Part shown: one piece after another, positions 7,177 through 17,197 of the stretch | Numbering within the stretch: the first letter of the stretch is position 1 | Layout: each line of letters begins with the position of its first letter | Origin: Arenimonas sp. SCN 70-307 | GTDB lineage: Bacteria > Pseudomonadota > Gammaproteobacteria > Xanthomonadales > Xanthomonadaceae | NCBI RefSeq assembly: GCF_001724815.1 | Contig: NZ_MEDO01000011.1 | Coordinates: forward strand, 2,059 to 66,058 | Length of the DNA stretch: 64,000 nucleotides | Reading direction: 5' to 3' | The notes under the pieces: generated by a model | Database searches by the model: none | Seen by the model: only the letters and a program-made list of their open reading frames with translations | What the model was told of the DNA's origin: nothing | Made by a program: the position numbers and the translations under genes

Positions 7177-8647
7177 GCACCTGGAAAATCACCCGGCCCT
7201 CGTAGGGCTCGCCCCGCGGCTCAAGCTGGAAGCCCAGCGCCGCCGCGCGTTCGACGAGCTCGGGAAACAGGGCCTGCTTGGTGACCCACAGCGCGTCTTC
7301 GCCCTCGAGCAGTTCGGCCGCGAAGCCCGAGTCGTATTCGGCGCCGAATCGCTCGCGCGGCACCGGCTCCAGCGACACCTTCTCGACGGCCACGCCCATG
7401 TGCAGGTGCAGGCCGTAGCGGGCCATGTCCTCGACGAAGACGACCTCCTCGACGCGGTGGTCCACGCGCGACGAGAGCTCGTCCGCCCAGCGGCCGGCGT
7501 CCTTGTTGGTCGGCCACAAGGCCGTGCCCAGGCGCAGCGCCAGCAGCGCCACCACCGCCAGCACCCACCAGCGCGTGCGCAGCAGCCCGCGTCCTTCGGC
7601 ATGCCACTGCCGCGCCACCAGCACCGCCAGCGGCAGGAACAGCGGCAGCACGTACAGCGGCAGGCGCGAGCGCGCCAGGCAGAACACCAGCAGCGGCAGC
7701 AGCACCCATAGCCACAGCGCGAGCAGCGGCGCATCGGCGCGTCGCGCGGCGGCCTCGCGCCAGCCGCGCAGGCGCGCCAGCCCGCCGCGCAGGGCGCGCC
7801 AGGCCACCGCGGTCCACGGCAGCGTGCCCAGCAGCAGCGTCGGGCCGTACACCACCAGCCAGCCGTACCACTCGGGGTTGCGGTGCAGCTGGTCGCTGGC
7901 GATGCGCGCGACGACTTCGGTTCCGAGGAAATACGACAGCAAACCCTCGTGGCGCAGCACCACCACCAGGTACCAGGGCAGGGCCAGCAGCAGGAACAGC
8001 AGCGCGCCGGTCCACCAGGCGCGGACGGCGCGGCGCTCGGGCGCGGGCGCCAGCCACTGCATCGCCACCACCGACATCAGCGGCAGCAGGGCCGGCGGAC
8101 CCTTGGTCATGAAGGCGATGGCGAAGCCTGCCCACATCAGCAGCAGCCAGCGGCCGGCGTGTTCGCGCGGGCCGAAGCGTGATTCGATCCAGGCCCACAT
8201 CGCCAGTCCCTGGAAGGCGGCCAGCAGGTAGTCGGTGGTGATCAGGTTGGCCGCGCCGAAAGGCAGCAGCATGGTGGCGTAGGCCAGGGCCGCGGTGGTT
8301 TCGGTGCCGGGCTGCAGGCGCCGGGCCACGCGCCAGGCCAGCCACACGCAGGCCAGGTAGGCCAGCGCCGCCGGCAGGCGCGCCGACCACGGGTGCGGGC
8401 CGAAAGCGGCCACGCTGGCGGCGATGGCCCAGTAGGTGACGGGCGGCTTGGTCCAGTGCCCGGTTTCGTGGTGGCGCGAGAGGTCGACGAAGTTGCCCGT
8501 GTCGAGCATCGTCAGCGCCACGTTGGTGTAACGGCCTTCGTCCGGGTCCCAGAGGGCGCGCGCCCCCATCAGCCCGAAGGCCAGCAGCAGCGCCACCACC
8601 GCCACCCGAAAGCCGGGCGAGGACAGCGTGGCGCGCCAGCCGGACAC
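7160..8647 (-). CDS. ArnT-like glycosyltransferase family 39 membrane protein
   Basis: N-terminal LWDPDEGRYTNVALTMLDTGNFV motif; polytopic; GTG start. Confidence 0.75.
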   Translation of the reverse strand: MSGWRATLSSPGFRVAVVALLLAFGLMGARALWDPDEGRYTNVALTMLDTGNFVDLSRHHETGHWTKPPVTYWAIAASVAAFGPHPWSARLPAALAYLACVWLAWRVARRLQPGTETTAALAYATMLLPFGAANLITTDYLLAAFQGLAMWAWIESRFGPREHAGRWLLLMWAGFAIAFMTKGPPALLPLMSVVAMQWLAPAPERRAVRAWWTGALLFLLLALPWYLVVVLRHEGLLSYFLGTEVVARIASDQLHRNPEWYGWLVVYGPTLLLGTLPWTAVAWRALRGGLARLRGWREAAARRADAPLLALWLWVLLPLLVFCLARSRLPLYVLPLFLPLAVLVARQWHAEGRGLLRTRWWVLAVVALLALRLGTALWPTNKDAGRWADELSSRVDHRVEEVVFVEDMARYGLHLHMGVAVEKVSLEPVPRERFGAEYDSGFAAELLEGEDALWVTKQALFPELVERAAALGFQLEPRGEPYEGRVIFQVLRAPP

Positions 8648-9075
8648 TACTTCGAGACCTGGGCGATCCAGTCTTCGAGGTTGTAGTAGTTGGTGACGCG
8701 GGCGATGCGGCCGTCGCGGATGTCGAAGAAAGCGCCGCCCGGCAGCACGTACTTCTGGCCGCGGGCCGGCGGCAGGCCGGTGTCGTCGGCCAGGTATTCG
8801 CCGTGCACCACGTACTCGGCGGCCACGCGGCTGCCGGACTGGTTGGCCATCACCACGATGTCGCGCAGCTGCTCGCGGTAGCAGCGGTCCATGCGGGCCA
8901 GGAAGGCCGTGAAGGCGGCCTTGCCGGTTTCGCGCCCGCCCTGGTTGATGTCGTGGGCGACGTCGCCGGCCAGCAGTTCGAGCATGCCTTCGCGGTCGCC
9001 GCGGTTGAACGCGGAGTAGTAGGCCAGCACCAGTTCGATGGCGCGGTCGGCTTGGCGGTTTCCGTCGATGATCAT
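8647..9075 (-). CDS. SnoaL-like / NTF2-family (ketosteroid isomerase-like) protein
   Basis: ~142 aa; AYYSAFNRGDREGMLELLAGDVAHD pattern typical of SnoaL-like folds. Confidence 0.6.
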   Translation of the reverse strand: MIIDGNRQADRAIELVLAYYSAFNRGDREGMLELLAGDVAHDINQGGRETGKAAFTAFLARMDRCYREQLRDIVVMANQSGSRVAAEYVVHGEYLADDTGLPPARGQKYVLPGGAFFDIRDGRIARVTNYYNLEDWIAQVSK

Positions 9076-9088
9076 TGGGGGTTCCGGG

Positions 9089-10036
9089 TCAGAAGGGCAG
9101 GGCGTCGAGGTCGACGTTGCCGCCCGAGAGGATAAGGCCCACGCGCTTGCCGGCGAAGTGGGCGGGGTTGTTCAGCACCACGGCCAGGGCGATGGCGGCC
9201 GAGGGTTCGACCACCTGTTTCAGTCGGCTCCAGAGCAGGCGCATGGCGGCCACCACCTCTTCGTCGCTGGCCAGCAGGGCCTGCACGCCCAGCTGGCGCA
9301 TCAGGGCCAGGTTGGGCGCGCCGACGGTGGCGCGCAGGCCGTCGCAGACAGTGTCGGGCACGAGGTCGGTGACGTGGCGGCCCTGGCGCAGGGATTCGTA
9401 GGCGTCGGGGGCGCCGGCGGGCTCGGCACCGTAGACGGTGGCGCCGCCGCGGGCCGCCGCCACCAGGGCGCTGCCGCAGGTCAGGCCGCCGCCGCCCAGC
9501 GGGGTGACCAGGGCATCGAGCGGGCCGGTTTCCGACAGCAGCTCGAGCGCGGCCGTGCCCTGGCCGGCGATCACCCGTGGGTCGGCGTAGGGGTGCACCA
9601 GGGTGGCGCCGGTGTCGGCCAGGATGCGGGCCGCGGCGGCCTCGCGCGCGGCCTGGGTGGCGGCGCAGCGGTGCACGGTGGCGCCATAGGCTTCGATGGC
9701 GGCCAGCTTCACGGCGTTGGCGCCGTCGGGCACCACCACGTGGGCGGGGATACCGCGCTCGCGGGCGGCCAGGGCCAATGCGGCGCCATGGTTGCCGGAG
9801 GAATGGGTGACCACGCCGCGGGCGGCGGTTTCATCGTCGAGCGACTGCACGGCGTTGCAGGCGCCGCGGAACTTGAAGGCGCCGATGCGCTGCACGTGCT
9901 CGCACTTGAAGTGCAGCTCGGCGCCGGCCAGCGCGTCGAGCGAACGCGAGCGCAGCACGGGCGTGCGGTTGGCGTGCGGGGCGATACGTGCGGCGGCGGC
10001 CAGCACGTCGTCGAAAGCAGGGAGCAGGGGTGTCAT
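9089..10036 (-). CDS. PLP-dependent threonine/serine dehydratase family enzyme
   Basis: The FKCEHVQRIGAFKFRGACNAV lysine motif and SSGNHGAALA glycine-rich loop are present. Confidence 0.8.
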   Translation of the reverse strand: MTPLLPAFDDVLAAAARIAPHANRTPVLRSRSLDALAGAELHFKCEHVQRIGAFKFRGACNAVQSLDDETAARGVVTHSSGNHGAALALAARERGIPAHVVVPDGANAVKLAAIEAYGATVHRCAATQAAREAAAARILADTGATLVHPYADPRVIAGQGTAALELLSETGPLDALVTPLGGGGLTCGSALVAAARGGATVYGAEPAGAPDAYESLRQGRHVTDLVPDTVCDGLRATVGAPNLALMRQLGVQALLASDEEVVAAMRLLWSRLKQVVEPSAAIALAVVLNNPAHFAGKRVGLILSGGNVDLDALPF

Positions 10037-10107
10037 GGAATGGTCGTTCAGTGGGCGCGTGCTAGCCTAGCAGCCAGTTCGTTAAACCTTGCGGAAACCC
10101 CCGTCCG

Positions 10108-12717
10108 ATGAGTCTTTCCCGGGGCGATGGCTTCGTCCACCTCGCCGATTACCGTGCGCCGGCCTGGCGCGTCCTTCACGCCAATCTAGTCTTCGATCTC
10201 GACCCGGCCGCCACGGTGGTCGAGTCAGCGCTCTCGCTCGAGCCCGACCCCAACCAGCCGGGCGAGCCGATCGTGCTCGACGGCGAAGGCCTGGAGCTGC
10301 TGGCCATCGAACTCGACGGCCGCGCGCTGGGCGAGGGCGAGTACGCCTACGACGGCCACCGGCTGCAGCTGCCGGGCCCGGGCCGCGCCTGTGAACTGCG
10401 CACGCGCGTGCGCATCCACCCCGCCGCCAATACCCGGCTCGAGGGCCTGTACCAGAGCGGTCGGCTGCTGCTGACCCAGTGCGAGGCGCAGGGCTTCCGC
10501 CGCATCACTTTCATGGCCGACCGCCCCGACGTGATGCCGCGCTGGCGCATCAGCCTGCGCGCCGATCGCGCCGCTTACCCGGTGCTGCTGGCCAACGGCA
10601 ATCCGGTGTCGAACCGTTCGCTGGAGGGCGATCGCCACGAAGCCGTGTGGGAAAACCCGCACCCCACGCCGGCCTACCTGTTCGCCATCGCCGCGGGCGA
10701 GCTGGGTCGGGTGACGAATACCGTGCGCACCGCCGAGGGCCGCGAGGTCGAGCTCAACGTCTGGGCCGAGCCCGGCGATGTCGAACGATGCCGTTACGCG
10801 CTGGGCGCGGTGGAGCGTTCGCTGCGCTGGGACGAGGAGCGCTTCGGTCGCTGCTACGACCTGGACGTGTTCAACGTCGTCGCCGCCCAGGACTTCACCA
10901 TGGGCGCGATGGAGAACAAGGGCCTGAACATCTTCAACGCCCGCTACATCCTGGCCGACGAGGCCACGGCCACCGACGCCGACTTCCTGGCCATCGAATC
11001 GGTGGTGGCGCACGAGTACCTGCACAACTGGTCGGGCAACCGCATCACCCTGCGCGACTGGTTCCAGCTTTCGCTCAAGGAAGGGCTCACGGTCTTCCGC
11101 GACACCGAGTTCAGCTCCGACCTGCACTCGCGTGCGCTCAAGCGCATCGAAGTGGTGCGCCTGCTGCGCGGCCGCCAGTTCGCCGAGGACGCCGGCGCGC
11201 TGGCGCACCCGGTGCGCCCGGACCGCTACAAGGAAATCAGCAATTTCTACACGCTGACCATCTACGAGAAGGGCGCCGAGGTCATCCGCGTGCTGCACAC
11301 GCTGGTGGGCGAGGCGGCGTTCCGCGCCGGCATGGACCGCTACTTCGCCGACAACGACGGCCGCGCCGCCACCATCGAGGATTTCCTGGCCGCGCACGCC
11401 GCCGCCAGCGGCCGCGACCTGGGGCAGTTCGCGCGCTGGTATTCGCAGGCGGGCACGCCCGAGCTGTGCATCCGCGGCGATTACGACGCCGCCAGCGGCG
11501 ACTACACGCTCACCGTCGAGCAGCGCACGCCGCCCACGCCGGGCCAGCCGGAAAAGCTTCCGCTGCTGGTGCCGCTGCGCTTCGCGCTCTACGACGCCGA
11601 CGGCGCCGCGATCACGACGCCGCCGGAAGGCGACGCCGTCGTACGCGATGGCCTGGCCGAGCTGACCGCCGCCCGCCACGTGCTGCGATGGCGCGGCCTG
11701 CGCGGCCGGCCGCTGCCCGCCTTCAACCAGGGGTTCGCCGCGCCGGTGAAGCTGCACTTCGACTATGGCGTGGACGAACTGGCGCGCCTGGCGCGGCTCG
11801 AGCGCGACCCTTTCAACCGCTGGGACCTGGTGCAGCGCCTGGCCACCGACGCCCTGCTGGGCGCGGCGCACGCCGAGGCCGCGACGCAGGCGCTGTCGGA
11901 CGTGCTCGCCGACCTGCTCGACGATGCCTCGGCCGACCCGGCCTTCGTGGCCGAGTGCCTGGCGCTGCCGGATTTCGACACCCTGGCCGAGCAGGTCGCC
12001 GAGGTGGATGTCGAAGCACTGGTGGGCCGGCGGGAGGAATTGCTCGACCGCCTGGCCGAAGACCACGTCGAGCGCCTGCAGTCGCGCTACGAGGCGCTGG
12101 CCGCGGCGGCCGGCGGCGGGCTGGACGGCCCGGCGATGTCGGCGCGCGCGCTGCGCAATGCCTGCCTGTCGTGGTTGACGCGGCTCGACCCGCAGGCCGC
12201 GCTCGCGCAGGCGCAGTTCGAGGCGGCCACCACCATGACGGCGCGGCTGGCAGCGCTGCGTTGCCTGGTGCACTTCCAGGCGCCGGGGGCGGAGGCGGCC
12301 TTGGCGGCGTTCCGCGAGCGGTATCGCGATGATCCGTTGGTGACGGACAAGTGGGTGGCGGTGGTGGCGACGCGTCCGCATCCGGAGGCGCTGTCGGACA
12401 TTGACGCGCTGATGGTTTCGAATTGGTGGAAGCCCACCAACCCCAACCGCGTGCGCGCGCTGCTGGGCAGCTTCGCGCGCTCGAACCCGCTGGGTTTCCA
12501 TCGCCTCGACGGCGCGGGCTACCGGCGCGTGGCCGGGCAGGTGGCGGCGCTGGACGCGATCAACCCGCAGGTGGCGGCGCGGCTGCTGGGCGCCTTCGAA
12601 AGCTGGCGGCGCTGGAGCGCGCCGCACCGCGGCCCGGCGCGCGAGGCGCTGGCGACGCTGGAAGGCAAGCTGGCCTCGCCCGACGGACGCGACCTGCTCG
12701 AACGCCTGCTGGCCTGA
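10108..12717 (+). CDS. pepN: aminopeptidase N
   Basis: GAMEN exopeptidase motif and HEYLHNWSGNR zinc-binding motif; 869 aa. Confidence 0.92.
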   Translation: MSLSRGDGFVHLADYRAPAWRVLHANLVFDLDPAATVVESALSLEPDPNQPGEPIVLDGEGLELLAIELDGRALGEGEYAYDGHRLQLPGPGRACELRTRVRIHPAANTRLEGLYQSGRLLLTQCEAQGFRRITFMADRPDVMPRWRISLRADRAAYPVLLANGNPVSNRSLEGDRHEAVWENPHPTPAYLFAIAAGELGRVTNTVRTAEGREVELNVWAEPGDVERCRYALGAVERSLRWDEERFGRCYDLDVFNVVAAQDFTMGAMENKGLNIFNARYILADEATATDADFLAIESVVAHEYLHNWSGNRITLRDWFQLSLKEGLTVFRDTEFSSDLHSRALKRIEVVRLLRGRQFAEDAGALAHPVRPDRYKEISNFYTLTIYEKGAEVIRVLHTLVGEAAFRAGMDRYFADNDGRAATIEDFLAAHAAASGRDLGQFARWYSQAGTPELCIRGDYDAASGDYTLTVEQRTPPTPGQPEKLPLLVPLRFALYDADGAAITTPPEGDAVVRDGLAELTAARHVLRWRGLRGRPLPAFNQGFAAPVKLHFDYGVDELARLARLERDPFNRWDLVQRLATDALLGAAHAEAATQALSDVLADLLDDASADPAFVAECLALPDFDTLAEQVAEVDVEALVGRREELLDRLAEDHVERLQSRYEALAAAAGGGLDGPAMSARALRNACLSWLTRLDPQAALAQAQFEAATTMTARLAALRCLVHFQAPGAEAALAAFRERYRDDPLVTDKWVAVVATRPHPEALSDIDALMVSNWWKPTNPNRVRALLGSFARSNPLGFHRLDGAGYRRVAGQVAALDAINPQVAARLLGAFESWRRWSAPHRGPAREALATLEGKLASPDGRDLLERLLA

Positions 12718-13656
12718 TCAGCCCGTGCGCTTGCGCTGGCCCATCAGGCTGGCCAGCGAGGAGCCGAGCACCACGAGGCCGGCGCCGATCCATCCGGCGG
12801 TGCCGACCGTTTCCGGGGCGATGGCGGTCGGCCAGATTGAATGCACCAGCCCCACCGCGCCCAGGCACAGCAGGGGCGTGGTGGCCAGGATGGCCGACAC
12901 GCGCGAGGCCTCCCAGTGCGCCAGCGCCTCGGCGAAGGCGCCGTAGGCCACCAGCGTGTTCACGGCGCAGTACAGCAGCAGGCCCCAGTGCAGGCCGTCG
13001 AGCGCCAGCAGCGCGCCGGGCCGCGCCAGCGGCAGCAGCACCAGGCTGGCCATCACGTAGATCGCCAGCAGGATGGCCGGTGACGACAGCCGCAGCAGCA
13101 GCTGCTTTTGCACCAGCGCGTACACCGCCCACACCACCGCCGCCAGCACCACCAGGGCCGAGCCCAGCAGGTAGCCCTGGCCGCCCGGCGGCAGGCCGCC
13201 GGCGAGCTGGTCGCGGAAGTACAGGCCCAGCCCGGCCACGATCACCACCAGGCCGGTCCACTGCCAGCCGTTTAAGCGCTCGCCGAACACGACGATGCCG
13301 CCCAGGGCCATCAGCAGTGGCGCCAGCTGGATCAGCAGCTGGGCGTTGGCCGGCGAGGTGTACTGCACGCCGAGCAGGTAGAGCACGTAGTTGCCGATCA
13401 GGCACAGGCCGGCCACCGCCAGCAGCCACCAGCGCCGGCGGTCGAGCCCGCCGAAACCGCCCAGCCCGCGCCGCGCCGCCAGCCAGGCCAGCATCACGCC
13501 CGCCGCCAGCAGGAAGCGGAACCAGGTGAGGGTGTAGGGATCGAGCTGCTCGAGCGTGATCTTCAGCGCCACCGGCAGGGTGGCCCAACACGCGGCCGTC
13601 ACGAGGGCCAGCAGCAGGCCGAGTTTCCAGCGTCCGGAGGCCTGGTGCATGGACAT
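12718..13656 (-). CDS. DMT-superfamily (EamA-like) transporter
   Basis: ~10 TM segments with a two-repeat architecture. It abuts the pepN stop with no spacer. Confidence 0.75.
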   Translation of the reverse strand: MSMHQASGRWKLGLLLALVTAACWATLPVALKITLEQLDPYTLTWFRFLLAAGVMLAWLAARRGLGGFGGLDRRRWWLLAVAGLCLIGNYVLYLLGVQYTSPANAQLLIQLAPLLMALGGIVVFGERLNGWQWTGLVVIVAGLGLYFRDQLAGGLPPGGQGYLLGSALVVLAAVVWAVYALVQKQLLLRLSSPAILLAIYVMASLVLLPLARPGALLALDGLHWGLLLYCAVNTLVAYGAFAEALAHWEASRVSAILATTPLLCLGAVGLVHSIWPTAIAPETVGTAGWIGAGLVVLGSSLASLMGQRKRTG

Positions 13657-13775
13657 GGCGGGCGTCTTCGCACGGTATGGAGGGCGCGCACGTTAGCATG
13701 GCCACGACCGGCTTGAATTAAGGGCGGATTCACCGCCCCGGGCCAAGACTGCCAGAGCACCTGGGGGGATTCGCC

Positions 13776-14873
13776 ATGACCCGCATCATCGCCGCGCTTG
13801 CCGCGCTCGTCCTGCTCTCCGGCTGCGCCACCTACGGGGACGGCTACTACAGCGACCGTGCGGTGTACGCCGACGGCTCCTACTACTACCCCGCCGACGA
13901 ATACGAAGGCGACTACTACTACGGCACCGAGCCGGCCTACGACTACAACTACAGCTTCGGCTATGGCTGGGGCTACGGTTACACGCCCTTCTGGGGCCTG
14001 GACCGCTACCGCTGCCGCAGCTACTACGGCTGCGTGCCGGTCTGGGGTGGCTACTATCCCTACTACTACGCGCCGGGTTGGGATTTCTCGCTCGGCAGCA
14101 GCTGGGGCTGGAGCCACTGGGGCTGGTACGGCGGTTACCGCTGGAGCAGCCGCCACCGCTGGTACGACAGCTATTACGGCCACCGGTACGACGGGCGCCG
14201 CCACGACGACCGCCGCGACGATCGCCGCCCGCCGCCGCCGCGCAATGCGCGCGAGCGCCTGGAGCGCGAGAACCGCATGCCCGCCCGCGGGCGCGCGGAC
14301 GATGCGGACGTGATGCGTCGCTACGAAGAACGCCGCCCGGGCCTGGGCGAGTCGGGCCGGCGCGAGCCGGACCCGATCATCGAGGACGAGCGTCCGCGCC
14401 CGCAGGCACCGGTCGAGCCGATTGCGCCGCGCCGCCAGCCGGCCACCGGCCTGGGCCGCCCGGCACCGCGCGACATCGAAGGCGGCCGTTTTGGTCGTCC
14501 GGTGCAGCGCGACAACGAGGCGGGCATCGAGATGCCCCGCCGCAGCGGCATGCCGGTGCGTCCGGCGCCCGCCAGCAGCGGCGGCCCGCAGATGCGCTAC
14601 CCGGTGCGCCAGCCGGAGTCGGAGCCGCGGGCGGTGCCGCGGCAGCCGGCCGGCAACCCGGGTCCGCGGATGATGCCGCGCGAAGCGATGCCGCCGCGCC
14701 CGTCGAGCGCGCCGCGTGAGTCGATGCAGCCGCGCCCGATGGCGGCGCCGCGCCAGGCGCCCGCACCGCGCATGGAATCGCGCCCGGCCCCGGCCCGTCC
14801 GGCCCCGCCGTCGCGCCCGGCCCCGCAAGTGAGACCTGCGTCACAAAATCCAACATCCGGCAGCGAAGACTAG
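13776..14873 (+). CDS. low-complexity lipoprotein (Tyr/Gly/Trp-rich N-half, Arg/Pro-rich C-half)
   Basis: Lipobox VLLSGC, then YYYP/GYGWGYGY/WGWSHWGWYGGYRW, then RRHDDRRDDRRPPPP and repeated MPxRP/APR units. Confidence 0.6.
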   Translation: MTRIIAALAALVLLSGCATYGDGYYSDRAVYADGSYYYPADEYEGDYYYGTEPAYDYNYSFGYGWGYGYTPFWGLDRYRCRSYYGCVPVWGGYYPYYYAPGWDFSLGSSWGWSHWGWYGGYRWSSRHRWYDSYYGHRYDGRRHDDRRDDRRPPPPRNARERLERENRMPARGRADDADVMRRYEERRPGLGESGRREPDPIIEDERPRPQAPVEPIAPRRQPATGLGRPAPRDIEGGRFGRPVQRDNEAGIEMPRRSGMPVRPAPASSGGPQMRYPVRQPESEPRAVPRQPAGNPGPRMMPREAMPPRPSSAPRESMQPRPMAAPRQAPAPRMESRPAPARPAPPSRPAPQVRPASQNPTSGSED

Positions 14874-15097
14874 GACGAACGGCCCCTCGCGGCATTGCAC
14901 CGCGCGTGGGGCCGTCGCATTCTTGGCCCGTCGACTGACCCTCAGCGTCACTTTGCGACGCGAAGCAACCGAATGCTCTGCTCGGCGCCCGGCACCAGGT
15001 CCCCTGGATTCCCCCTGTTCCAAGACCCGCCGGGCGCCGACTTTCTTCCTTCGGCGCCGTGTTTTCCCCGGCTTGCCTGAAACCCGCGCATAAAAAA

Positions 15098-15130
15098 GGG
15101 CCTGGCGCTCCCCCCCGGGAGCGCCAGGCC
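15098..15130 (-). terminator. orphan intrinsic terminator-like hairpin reading on the minus strand
   Basis: GGGCCTGGCGCTCC..GGAGCGCCAGGCCC stem. A6 on the + strand immediately to the left (15092-15097) becomes a U-run only for a minus-strand transcript. Confidence 0.45.
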
Positions 15131-15303
15131 CTGGCATCCCTACCACGCGCCTGACCAGCCCCTGTTCAGTCTGGTCGACGCCCCCCGGCGTTGGCCGTGG
15201 CAGGTGCCTTTGGATGAATGCAGGAAGCGTGCCAACCCGCCCGCGGGGTGCGCCAGCCTCCCCGGCGCGGGATAATCGCGGCCTATGTCCCGGACCCCCG
15301 CCC

Positions 15304-17181
15304 ATGCTCAGCCATGAAGTGATCGTCATCGGTGGCGGCCATGCCGGCACCGAGGCGGCGCTGGCGGCCGCGCGCGCGGGCGCCCGCACCCTGCTGCTGA
15401 CCCACAGCATCGAAACCATCGGCCAGATGAGCTGCAACCCGGCCATCGGCGGCATCGGCAAGGGCCACCTGGTGCGCGAGATCGACGCGCTGGGCGGCGC
15501 CATGGCCGTCGCGGCCGACGCCGCCGGCATCCAGTGGCGCACCCTCAACGCCAGCAAGGGCCCGGCCGTGCGCGCCACCCGAGCCCAGGCCGACCGCGCG
15601 CTCTACAAGGCCGCGATCCGGCGGCTGGTCGAGCACCAGCCGAACCTGACGGTGTTCCAGGCCGCGGTGGACGACCTGGTGATCGAGAACGGCCGCGTGC
15701 GTGGCGCCGTCACCCAGTCGGGCCTGCGCTTCGAGGCGCCGGCGGTGGTGCTCACGGCCGGCACCTTCCTGGCCGGCCGCATCCACGTGGGCCTGCAGAA
15801 CCATCCGGGCGGCCGCGCCGGCGAGGCGCCGTCCACCGCGCTGGCCCAGCGCCTGCGCGAGGGCCCGTTCGTGGTGGACCGGCTCAAGACCGGCACGCCG
15901 CCGCGCATCGACGGCCGCACGCTCGATTACACGGTGATGGCCGAGCAGCCCGGCGACGAGCCGCGGCCGGTGTTCTCCTTCCTGGGCCGGCGCGAAGGGC
16001 ACCCGCGCCAGGTCTCGTGCTGGATCGCGCACACCAACGAGCGCACGCACGACATCATCCGCGGCGGGCTCGACCGCTCGCCGATGTACTCGGGCGTCAT
16101 CGAGGGCGTGGGCCCGCGCTACTGCCCGAGCATCGAGGACAAGGTGGTGCGTTTCGCCGACAAGGCCTCGCACCAGGTGTTCGTCGAGCCCGAGGGCCTG
16201 GACACCATCGAGATCTACCCCAACGGCATCTCCACCTCGCTGCCCTTCGACGTGCAGCTCGATCTGGTGCGCTCGATCCGCGGCTTCGAGAACGCGGTGA
16301 TCACCCGGCCGGGCTACGCCATCGAGTACGACTATTTCGATCCGCGCGGCCTGAAGGCCTCGCTGGAGACCAAGGCCGTCGAAGGCCTGTTCTTCGCCGG
16401 CCAGATCAACGGCACCACCGGTTACGAGGAAGCGGCCGCGCAGGGCCTGCTGGCCGGCCTCAACGCCGCGCGTTTCGTGGCCCAGCGCGAGGCCTGGTCG
16501 CCAGGCCGCGACCAGGCCTACCTCGGCGTGCTGGTGGACGACCTGGTGACGCACGGCACCACCGAGCCCTACCGCATGTTCACCAGCCGCGCCGAATACC
16601 GGCTGCAGCTGCGCGAGGACAACGCCGATGAGCGCCTGACGCCGCTGGGTCGCGAGCTGGGCCTGGTGTGCGATGCGCGCTGGGAGGCGTGGTCGCGCAA
16701 GGCCGGGGCCATCGCCACCGAGCGCGCGCGCCTGCAGGCGATCTGGGTGGCGCCGGGCGGCACGCTGGCCCGGGCGCTGGAAGCGAGCACGGGCGTCGCA
16801 CCCAGCCGCGAAGGCACGGCGCTGGATCTGATGAAGCGGCCCGAGCTCGACTACGCCGCGCTGGCCGCGGTGCCGGGCCTGGGCCCGGGCGTCGACGACG
16901 CCGCGGTCGCCGAGCAGGTGGAGATCGGCGTGAAGTACGCCGGCTACGTCGAGCGCCAGCGCGAAGAGATCGCCCGCCAGCAGCGCCACGAGCAGACCCG
17001 CCTGCCGGAAGACTTCGATTACGCCGGCCTGCCGGGCCTGTCGGCCGAACTGCAGTCCAAGCTGGGCACCGTGCGGCCCGAGACCATCGGCCAGGCGCAG
17101 CGCATCCCGGGCATGACGCCGGCGGCGATCTCGCTGCTGCTGGTCGCGCTGGCCAAGCGCAAGGGCCGCCGCGTCGCCTGA
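15304..17181 (+). CDS. mnmG: tRNA uridine 5-carboxymethylaminomethyl modification enzyme MnmG (GidA)
   Basis: [27 protein letters not shown] motif; full-length similarity to GidA. The ATG at 15304 is preferred over the track start at 15214. Confidence 0.92.
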   Translation: MLSHEVIVIGGGHAGTEAALAAARAGARTLLLTHSIETIGQMSCNPAIGGIGKGHLVREIDALGGAMAVAADAAGIQWRTLNASKGPAVRATRAQADRALYKAAIRRLVEHQPNLTVFQAAVDDLVIENGRVRGAVTQSGLRFEAPAVVLTAGTFLAGRIHVGLQNHPGGRAGEAPSTALAQRLREGPFVVDRLKTGTPPRIDGRTLDYTVMAEQPGDEPRPVFSFLGRREGHPRQVSCWIAHTNERTHDIIRGGLDRSPMYSGVIEGVGPRYCPSIEDKVVRFADKASHQVFVEPEGLDTIEIYPNGISTSLPFDVQLDLVRSIRGFENAVITRPGYAIEYDYFDPRGLKASLETKAVEGLFFAGQINGTTGYEEAAAQGLLAGLNAARFVAQREAWSPGRDQAYLGVLVDDLVTHGTTEPYRMFTSRAEYRLQLREDNADERLTPLGRELGLVCDARWEAWSRKAGAIATERARLQAIWVAPGGTLARALEASTGVAPSREGTALDLMKRPELDYAALAAVPGLGPGVDDAAVAEQVEIGVKYAGYVERQREEIARQQRHEQTRLPEDFDYAGLPGLSAELQSKLGTVRPETIGQAQRIPGMTPAAISLLLVALAKRKGRRVA

Positions 17182-17197
17182 GGCGACGCGTTCCGAC

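Noticed and set aside
10225-12627. 800-aa ORF antisense to pepN, and similar very long antisense or alternative-frame ORFs (e.g. 16580..18544, 15283..17289, 19027..20871, 22812..25019, 26376..28856, 39619..42276, 44880..46943, 50042..51661, 54352..56895, 56501..58564).
   Set aside because: These are typical shadow ORFs of ~70% G+C DNA, where stop codons are rare. Their translations are Arg/Ala/Gly/Pro-rich low-complexity strings with no recognisable motifs. Each lies opposite a gene with clear family signatures.
12715-12720. pepN and the EamA-like gene are convergent with zero intergenic nucleotides and no terminator.
   Set aside because: Tight convergent packing is common in compact high-GC genomes. 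Nothing further in the sequence suggests special regulation.
12423-13529. 368-aa Pro/Ala/Arg-rich ORF, and 12560..13705 on the opposite strand, overlapping the EamA transporter gene.
   Set aside because: The frame 12718..13656 (-) gives a clean 10-TM DMT protein. The others are alternative-frame artefacts.
13599-14828. 409-aa minus-strand ORF antisense to the Tyr/Gly-rich lipoprotein gene.
   Set aside because: It has no signal, no RBS and an Arg/Ala-rich translation. The plus-strand frame has a lipobox and an RBS (GGGGGA) and is preferred, although low-complexity DNA makes either call less than certain.
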